The notes beneath the pieces were generated by a model. That model had not been told where the DNA came from. It searched no databases and saw only the letters and a program-made list of their open reading frames with translations. DNA of 23,176 nucleotides from Gemmatimonadaceae bacterium (GTDB lineage: Bacteria; Gemmatimonadota; Gemmatimonadetes; Gemmatimonadales; Gemmatimonadaceae), in the NCBI GenBank assembly GCA_040902005.1, contig JBBDYA010000078.1, forward strand, positions 1 to 23,176, in the 5' to 3' direction. The position numbers and the translations under genes were made by a program. This document shows, piece by piece, positions 16,682-23,176 of the stretch (position 1 is the first letter of the stretch; each line of letters opens with the position of its first letter).

Positions 16682-17518
16682 ATGCCGGCGAGGAAGCACC
16701 CGTTATCGGGGCGGCAACAGATGTTGCGGCGCATCGCGAAGTCTGCACTGACGGTCGTGATGCTCGTTGCTGTGGTCGCTTACGCGATCACGATCGTGAA
16801 CCCCATCTATGCGGGGAGCGCGCCGGTTATCGGCGACGTCATCTCCCGGGTGGCGCCCGAGCGGCCGCCTGCCATTCCGTCGGGTCCGCTGCTTACGGGT
16901 CCGCTCGCGGATTCCGTCGCGCGGATCGAGGCGTCACCGGAGTTCGGCGAACAGAAACGGCGGTTTGCCGCTGACCTGGTGCGCACCGGACGAATGAGCG
17001 CCGCGCGCGCCGATTCGATCGCGCACCATGCCGTGCGAGAGGCGTTCCTCAGGGGCGTACCGCCCGCGGTCATCTTTGGCGTGATGCTCACGGAGAACGC
17101 GCAGTTCATTTCGCGCGCTCGCTCGAACGTGGGCGCGGTGGGACTGATGCAGGTGTACCCGAAGTGGTGGTTCAAGCAGCTCAGCGAGAAATTCGGTGAT
17201 CCGAACATCGAGGCCGACTCGACAAACCTGCGCTACGGGGTATTCATCCTCGAGCATTACCTCAAGCCGCGCGGCAAGCAGGCGACCGGGGAGCACACCA
17301 TTGCCACCGCGCCCGGAAGCCTCATGAAGGGGCTGCTACGCTACAACGGGTGTGTGCGCGGGACCAACACGCCGAGGTGCCACACGTACCCGAGCAAGGT
17401 GCAGCAGTTCGTGGAGCGCGACGCCCAGGCGCTGTGCGGGGACCAGTCCTTCTATCAGTGCATCGCGCAGCCGTTCATGGGCGGGCTGCTGGGGGCGGGA
17501 ACTCAGGGGCTCGACTAG
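16682..17518 (+). CDS. membrane-anchored lytic transglycosylase (SLT domain)
   Basis: GGAGG at 16668-16672 precedes ATG 16682 (alternative start 16721). One TM, then VMLTEN, SNVGAVGLMQV, NLRYG and RYNG. Confidence 0.85.
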   Translation: MPARKHPLSGRQQMLRRIAKSALTVVMLVAVVAYAITIVNPIYAGSAPVIGDVISRVAPERPPAIPSGPLLTGPLADSVARIEASPEFGEQKRRFAADLVRTGRMSAARADSIAHHAVREAFLRGVPPAVIFGVMLTENAQFISRARSNVGAVGLMQVYPKWWFKQLSEKFGDPNIEADSTNLRYGVFILEHYLKPRGKQATGEHTIATAPGSLMKGLLRYNGCVRGTNTPRCHTYPSKVQQFVERDAQALCGDQSFYQCIAQPFMGGLLGAGTQGLD

Positions 17519-18504
17519 GGAAGCCGCAGCACGATCTTGCCGAATGTGGCGTTGCTCTCGAGCAGCGCGTGTGCGCTCTGTATGTCCTCCAGCGGAAATA
17601 CCTGGTGGACGATCGCGCGAACGGTGCCGCGCTCCAGCATCGGCAACACGTCCCGCGCGAACGCTGCCGTCACCTCCGCCTTTTCCTTCGCCGGGCGCGT
17701 CCGCAGCACCGTCCCCCGGATTGTGACTCGGCGGGTGAGGACCGTGCCCAGGTTGAGCGTTGCGGCGCGTCCGGCCAGCAGCCCGACCAGGAGGATGCGC
17801 GCCTGTGGCGCGGCGCACTCCACGTCCGCCGCGAGATACGGACCTCCCACGAGATCGAGCACGACGTCCACGCCCTTCCCGCCCGTCCAGCCCAGCACGT
17901 CCGCGACGACCGCCTGCGGATCCGCGGACACCACCGCGCCCTGATCGAGGCCGAACGCCCGCGCGCGCTCGATCTTCTCCGCGGTGCGCGCGGTGCCGAA
18001 GCACGTGGCGCCGAGCGCGTGGGCGAGCTGCACGGCGGCGAGTCCCACACCGCTGCCCACGGCGTGCACGAGCACGTGCTCGCCCGGCTGCATCGCACCC
18101 TGCGTGACGAGTGCGTCATGCGCGGTGATGAACGCTTCGGGTATGGCGGCGGCGGCATCCCACGGAAGACCATCGGGGACGCGAGCGAGCTCGTCCTCCC
18201 GGGTGACGACGAACTCCGCGTTGCCGCCGCCGCCAACAATCCCGAAGACCCGGTCGCCGGGTCGCCATCGCGCGGCGTTGTCGCCGGTGTCCACGACCTC
18301 GCCGGCGATCTCGAGTCCGGGAATATTGGCCGGCGCGCCGGGTGGCGCGGGATACTTCCCCTGGCGCTGCAGCAGATCGGCGCGATTCAGCGCGGACGCG
18401 TGCACGCGCACGAGCACTTCGCCGTCGCGCGGCAGCGGGCGGGGCACGTCGAGGATCTCCAGCACCTCCGGTCCGCCGGGGCGGGTGATGACAGCGGCTC
18501 GCAT
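17515..18504 (-). CDS. NAD(P)H:quinone oxidoreductase, PIG3/zeta-crystallin MDR family
   Basis: LNRADLLQRQGKYPAPPGA, PGLEIAG, HAVGSGVG, GVDVVLDLVG and terminal GKIVL. Confidence 0.93.
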   Translation of the reverse strand: MRAAVITRPGGPEVLEILDVPRPLPRDGEVLVRVHASALNRADLLQRQGKYPAPPGAPANIPGLEIAGEVVDTGDNAARWRPGDRVFGIVGGGGNAEFVVTREDELARVPDGLPWDAAAAIPEAFITAHDALVTQGAMQPGEHVLVHAVGSGVGLAAVQLAHALGATCFGTARTAEKIERARAFGLDQGAVVSADPQAVVADVLGWTGGKGVDVVLDLVGGPYLAADVECAAPQARILLVGLLAGRAATLNLGTVLTRRVTIRGTVLRTRPAKEKAEVTAAFARDVLPMLERGTVRAIVHQVFPLEDIQSAHALLESNATFGKIVLRLP

Positions 18505-18516
18505 GTCTTCAGTATG

Positions 18517-19641
18517 TCACGCCGGCACGAACTCCGATTTCGCGCTCTTGAGCGCCGCGCGCACCATCACATACTCGCCGACGTTGTCCATGGTGAGGAC
18601 GCCCAGCAGCCGGCCGTTCTGCATGACGGGCATCGAATGACAACCGCAGGCCTTGAGTCGGGCAAGCGCCTCGTCCGCGGGCTCGGAGGGGGTCGTCTGT
18701 TGAAAGTCGCGTTGCATCACCTCGCCAATGGGCGTGTGCTCGCCGTGCTCGGCCAGCGCCTTCAGCAGCGCGCCGCGCGTCAGCATTCCCTGCACCGTTC
18801 CGCCCTCGATCACCGGGAAATCCTGCTGAAAGCCGTCGAGGATGAGTCTCACCGCGCGCGACAGCGGATCGCCGGGAGCGACCGTCTCCACGTCCGTGAT
18901 CATGAGGTGCTGGATCGGCACCCCATCCAGCAGCGCGGACGTCTGCACCGCGGCCGCTTCCCCCGCGGCGCCCAGCCACACGAAGAGCGCGATGAGGACG
19001 AGAAATGGGTTGCCGAGCACGAAGATTCCCACGATGCCGAAGAGCAGCGCGAAGAAGCGGCCTACGCGCGCCGCGGTCTCCGTGGCGCTCGTGAAGTTTC
19101 CGCTGCGCATCGCGAGCAGCGCGCGCAGCACGCGTCCGCCGTCCATCGGGAACGCGGGGATCATGTTGAAGAGCACGAGCCAGATGTTCACGGCGAGCAA
19201 ACGGGCGACGAAGGCCCGGTCGAGAAAGCCCTCGGACAGTGAGGCGGTATCGAGGAAGGCCGGGATTCCCCCGGTCGCGAACAGCCAGAGGTACAGGAGC
19301 GCCGCGATCGCCACGTTCACCGCGGGCCCCGCCAGCGCGACCACGAGCTCCTGCCGCGGCTCCCGCGGCATGGATTCCAGGCGGGCGACGCCGCCGATCG
19401 GCAGCAGCGTGATGTCGCGCGTGCTGATACCATAGCGGCGCGCGGCGAGCGCATGCCCCAGTTCGTGCAGCACCACGGCGCCGAATATCGCGAGCACGAA
19501 CAGCACGCCACTGACGGCCGCGATCGCGCTCCCCGAGGACTGATACTCGCCCACGGCGATCCACGCGAGCAGCAGCGGAAAGGTAGCGTGGACGTACAGC
19601 GCAATGCCCGCGATGGAACCCAGGCGCCAGGACCATTTCAT
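18517..19641 (-). CDS. site-2 protease (M50) with tandem CBS domains
   Basis: HELGH, LLPIGGVA, LAGPAVN and FNMIPAFPMDGGR, followed by two CBS domains. Confidence 0.94.
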   Translation of the reverse strand: MKWSWRLGSIAGIALYVHATFPLLLAWIAVGEYQSSGSAIAAVSGVLFVLAIFGAVVLHELGHALAARRYGISTRDITLLPIGGVARLESMPREPRQELVVALAGPAVNVAIAALLYLWLFATGGIPAFLDTASLSEGFLDRAFVARLLAVNIWLVLFNMIPAFPMDGGRVLRALLAMRSGNFTSATETAARVGRFFALLFGIVGIFVLGNPFLVLIALFVWLGAAGEAAAVQTSALLDGVPIQHLMITDVETVAPGDPLSRAVRLILDGFQQDFPVIEGGTVQGMLTRGALLKALAEHGEHTPIGEVMQRDFQQTTPSEPADEALARLKACGCHSMPVMQNGRLLGVLTMDNVGEYVMVRAALKSAKSEFVPA

Positions 19642-19680
19642 GATCGTGCCTCACGGTCGGTCTCGGCTTAGAATCTAGTC

Positions 19681-20037
19681 ATGACATTCCTCCTCTTTCT
19701 GGTTATCGGCCTGTTCGCCGGCGTGCTCGGCGGGATGTTCGGACTCGGGGGCGGCGTCGTGATCGTCCCCGCGCTGATCATGCTGGCGAAGTTCGCGCCC
19801 CAGACCGCCACCGGCACGTCGCTCGCCGCGCTGATCCTTCCCGTGGGCGCCCTGGGTGCCTGGGCCTACTATAAGGAAGGAGCGGTTCGGATCTCCCCGG
19901 CGCTCTGGATCGCACTCGGCTTGTTCGTGGGGGCGTACTTCGGTGCCAGGATTTCGCTGGCGTTGCCCCCGCTTGCCCTCAAACGAGCGTTCGCGGTGTT
20001 CCTGGTGATGATCGCGGTTCGGATGTGGATCAAGTAG
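19681..20037 (+). CDS. half-size TauE/SafE (TSUP) family membrane protein
   Basis: GLFAGVLGGMFGLGGGVVIVPAL and ATGTSLA motifs; about 4 TM in 118 aa. Confidence 0.85.
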   Translation: MTFLLFLVIGLFAGVLGGMFGLGGGVVIVPALIMLAKFAPQTATGTSLAALILPVGALGAWAYYKEGAVRISPALWIALGLFVGAYFGARISLALPPLALKRAFAVFLVMIAVRMWIK

Positions 20038-20112
20038 TTCCCGGGCCTAACGAATCCTCGTTCCGTTGCGTATTTCCAGGTGTCCCCGCTCCAACCATCT
20101 CCAGGAGGAAGG

Positions 20113-23106
20113 ATGTTGCGTCACACCCGCCGCGCGATCGCGCTGCTCGCGATTCTCTCCGCGCCAGTCGCCATCGCCGCGGCCCAGCAGCCCATCGACT
20201 CCGCGTACACCGCCAAGATCAGGGAGCACCTTCAGGATCCGCGCATCACCACGGAGCTCGTGGATCACCTGCCCGCGAGCAGCACCGTGCCCACACCGCT
20301 CGCATTTCACGGGCGCATCGTCGGCACCCCGGGTGAGCTGACCTACGCGAAGGACATCCATCGCTACTTCGAGGCGCTGGACAAGGCCAGCGACCGCGCC
20401 ACGATGTGGACGATGGGCAAGACGGAAGAGGGACGCGACATGGTGGTCCTCGTGATCTCCGACGAGGCAACGATCCGCGACCTGGAGACGCACAAGCGCA
20501 ACATCGCCGCGCTTACGGACCCGCGCCGCACCAGCGACGCGGAGGCGCGTCGGCTGATCCCGCAGACGAAACCGATGTACTGGGTCACCACCGGCATGCA
20601 CTCGCCGGAGAGCGGCGGCCCGGAGACCGTGCAGGAACTGGCCTACCGGCTCATCGTGCAGGAGACGCCGTTCATCCAGAACATCCGCAACAACGTCATC
20701 GTGGCCATCACGCCGGTGATCGAGGTGGACGGACGCGAGAAGCAGGTGGATACGTACTACTTCAACAAGCAGCGCGCGGAGGGCGACGCCCGGTTGCCGC
20801 TGATGTACTGGGGCAAGTACGTGGCGCACGACAACAACCGCGACCACATCGGCCAGTTCCTCGCCCTCACGAAGCACGTGACGAAGTTCTTTCTCGAATG
20901 GCACCCCATCATCCTGCACGACCTGCACGAACGCGGGTCGTACCTCTACGTCTCCACTGGCACGGGGCCGTACAATGAGGCGATCGACGCGATCACGGTG
21001 GACGAGTGGTGGATGCTCGCCAAGAGTGACGTCAATGAAATGACGAAGCGCGGCGTGCCGGGCGTGTGGACGTACGGCTTCTACGACGGCTGGACCCCGA
21101 ACTACATGTTCTTCGCGGCCCACGCGCACAACGCCATCGGCCGCTTCTACGAAGTGGAGCGGTACGGCCCCGACAACGACTCGAACGTCACCGTCGGCGC
21201 CACCACGAGCAGCCGAGAGTGGTTCCGGCCCAACCCGCCCCTGCCGCGCATCAAGTGGGGACCGCGCAACCACGTGAACATGTCGCAGTCGGGCGTGCTG
21301 TTCTCGCTGAACCACGTGGCGAAGAACCGCGACATGTACGTGGAGAACTACTGGCTCAAGAACAAGCGCGCGATCGCCCGGAAGGACCAGGGCTCGGCGG
21401 CGTGGGTCATCCCTGCCGGCCAGCGCCGCAAGGGCGAAGTGGCGTCGGTCGTGAACGACCTGCGCTTCCAGGGGCTCGAGTTCCACCGCGCCACCAGTGA
21501 CTTCACTGCCGGACGCGTGCAGGTGAAGGCGGGCGACTACATCGTGCGCGGCGACCAGCCGTACCGCACGATCGGCGACATGTACTTCCCGCTCCAGAGC
21601 TTCTCGCCATCCAACCCGCGTCCGTACGACGACACGGGGTGGACCTACCAGCTCATGCGAAACATCGTGCTGACGCCGGTGAGCGACACGGCGATCCTGT
21701 CGAAGCCGATGGCGCTGGTGACGGCCGACGTGCGCGCGCCGGGCGGCGTGGAAGGGGGGGGCACCGGCAGCACGATCATCGTGAGCAACACCAGCGACAA
21801 CAGCCTCGCGACCCTCCGCTTTCGCTTCGCCCGGACCAGGATGTCCGCGGCGCAGGATGCCTTCGCGGTGGGCGACCGGCAGTTCAGCGCCGGTTCGTTC
21901 ATCATCCCGAACGCGAACCGCGGCCAGCTCGATCCGGTGCTACGGGAGCTGGGGCTTTCGGCGGTCGCCGTATCGGCCGCGCCGAACGTGAGGACGCACG
22001 ACCTGGACGTGCCGAGGATCGGCTACGTGCACGCGTGGCAACGCACGCAGGACGAAGGATGGGTGCGCGCCGCGCTGGACACCTACGGCATTCCGTACAC
22101 CTACTTCGCGGACCAGAAGCTGCGCGACGGCAACCTGCGCGCGAAGTATGACGTCATCATCTATCCGCACGTGGGCGGAAACACACAGTCGATGGTGAAC
22201 GGCATGCCGATGACGGGCAAGACGCCCCTTCCGTACAAGCGGACGTCCGCGACGCCGAACCTGGGCGCGCTGGACCAGAGCGACGACATCCGCGGCGGCA
22301 TGGGCGTGGAGGGACTGTTCGAGCTGTACAAGTTCGTGCAGCAGGGGGGCACGCTGATCACGGAAGGGTCCACGGCGATGATCTTCCCCGAGTACAACTT
22401 CACCCCGGGCGTCTCGGTGGTGAACGCCGACGGCCTGTTCGCGCGTGGTTCGATCATGCGCGCGCGGATCGCCGACAAGGGAAGCCCGATCGTGTACGGC
22501 TACGAGGGCGATCAACTCCCCGTGTACTTCAACCAGGCGCCGGTGATGAGCGTGGCCGGCGGCGGCGGGGGGGGGGGCGGCGGGTTCGGCGGAGGCGCGC
22601 AGCAGGGCGCGACACAGAACATCACGCCGATGGCCACGGCCAATCGTCCGCGGCTCTCGCCGTGGGAGGGACCGGTGGCCGGTTCCGGTGCCGGTGAAGG
22701 ACGCGGCCGTCGCGCAGCAGGAGGCACCGACAGCGCTGCCACTCCCGCCGGTGGCGGTGGCGGCGGCGGTGGTGGTGGCGGCGGCGGCGGCGGGGGGGGG
22801 GCGCAGACGGATCCCGCGACCCGACCGCGCGTGATCCTTCAGTTCCCGTCGAACCCGGCGGAGATGCTGCTCTCGGGCTCGCTGGCCGGTGGTGAGGCGC
22901 TCGCGAACCGCGCGCAGGTGGTGCATTCGCCGGTTGGCCAGGGGCACGTGGTCATGTTCGCCATTCGCCCCTTCTGGCGCTGGCAGACACACGGGACGTA
23001 CATGCTTGGCTTCAATGCGATCCTGCACTGGAACGATCTCGACGCCGGTCGCGCGGCGCCGGCGACGCCGACGGTGAGTGACGGGGGGGGGCCGTTCGAC
23101 AAGTAG
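20113..23106 (+). CDS. secreted M14-family zinc carboxypeptidase-like protein
   Basis: AGGAGG RBS at 20103-20108, signal peptide, GKTEEGR, HSPE (HxxE), DNNRD and HDLHE; the C-terminal domain carries Gly-rich inserts. Confidence 0.9.
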   Translation: MLRHTRRAIALLAILSAPVAIAAAQQPIDSAYTAKIREHLQDPRITTELVDHLPASSTVPTPLAFHGRIVGTPGELTYAKDIHRYFEALDKASDRATMWTMGKTEEGRDMVVLVISDEATIRDLETHKRNIAALTDPRRTSDAEARRLIPQTKPMYWVTTGMHSPESGGPETVQELAYRLIVQETPFIQNIRNNVIVAITPVIEVDGREKQVDTYYFNKQRAEGDARLPLMYWGKYVAHDNNRDHIGQFLALTKHVTKFFLEWHPIILHDLHERGSYLYVSTGTGPYNEAIDAITVDEWWMLAKSDVNEMTKRGVPGVWTYGFYDGWTPNYMFFAAHAHNAIGRFYEVERYGPDNDSNVTVGATTSSREWFRPNPPLPRIKWGPRNHVNMSQSGVLFSLNHVAKNRDMYVENYWLKNKRAIARKDQGSAAWVIPAGQRRKGEVASVVNDLRFQGLEFHRATSDFTAGRVQVKAGDYIVRGDQPYRTIGDMYFPLQSFSPSNPRPYDDTGWTYQLMRNIVLTPVSDTAILSKPMALVTADVRAPGGVEGGGTGSTIIVSNTSDNSLATLRFRFARTRMSAAQDAFAVGDRQFSAGSFIIPNANRGQLDPVLRELGLSAVAVSAAPNVRTHDLDVPRIGYVHAWQRTQDEGWVRAALDTYGIPYTYFADQKLRDGNLRAKYDVIIYPHVGGNTQSMVNGMPMTGKTPLPYKRTSATPNLGALDQSDDIRGGMGVEGLFELYKFVQQGGTLITEGSTAMIFPEYNFTPGVSVVNADGLFARGSIMRARIADKGSPIVYGYEGDQLPVYFNQAPVMSVAGGGGGGGGGFGGGAQQGATQNITPMATANRPRLSPWEGPVAGSGAGEGRGRRAAGGTDSAATPAGGGGGGGGGGGGGGGGGAQTDPATRPRVILQFPSNPAEMLLSGSLAGGEALANRAQVVHSPVGQGHVVMFAIRPFWRWQTHGTYMLGFNAILHWNDLDAGRAAPATPTVSDGGGPFDK

Positions 23107-23125
23107 CGCACGCGAGGTGGGAGCG

Positions 23126-23163
23126 GCGGCCCGCGCGAGGAGCGCGGGCCGCTTTGCTTTATT
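23126..23163 (+). terminator. Rho-independent terminator
   Basis: An 11-bp stem, GCGGCCCGCGC-gagga-GCGCGGGCCGC, followed by TTTGCTTTATT, about 20 nt after the M14 stop. Confidence 0.88.
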
Positions 23164-23176
23164 GCCGCGGTGAAAC

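Noticed and set aside
6511..22151. Numerous long Arg/Ala/Gly-rich ORFs (e.g. 6511..8442, 10433..12625, 14225..16561, 17350..19242, 20047..21486)
   Set aside because: They are shadow or antisense frames of well-supported genes, with low-complexity GC-driven composition.
1..23176. Defence island, prophage or biosynthetic gene cluster
   Set aside because: No integrase, phage, nuclease, reverse transcriptase or biosynthetic core genes, and no visible compositional break.

Overview
A very GC-rich bacterial chromosomal segment of mostly housekeeping and envelope genes. The gene content resembles Gemmatimonadota, but that is my inference and is not established. It holds about 20 real CDSs: a TPR-like lipoprotein cut by the left edge, a small membrane protein, a membrane diguanylate cyclase, a DSD1/D-TA-type PLP enzyme, an alpha/beta hydrolase, Hsp15, CtpA, a MATE exporter, a PnuC-NadR-kinase fusion, a Tricorn-like protease, SUA5/TsaC, IF-1, a cold-shock protein, a TPP-riboswitch-controlled TonB-dependent receptor, an SLT transglycosylase, a quinone oxidoreductase, an M50-CBS protease, a half-size TauE protein and an M14 peptidase. 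There are no rRNA, tRNA, CRISPR, integrase or transposase genes. Three signals stand out. (1) A 184-bp non-coding element of ~72-bp inverted arms is bounded on both sides by CTAG, and each CTAG is also the stop codon of one of two convergent genes (IS5-like MITE or REPIN-like). (2) The PnuC-kinase fusion depends on a G11 tract; removing one G gives two genes coupled by a GTGA stop/start overlap. (3) A possible dispersed thiamine-salvage route links the TPP-controlled receptor, the Pnu transporter and the kinase. Several genes also look leaderless. Most long entries in the supplied ORF track are antisense or shadow frames.
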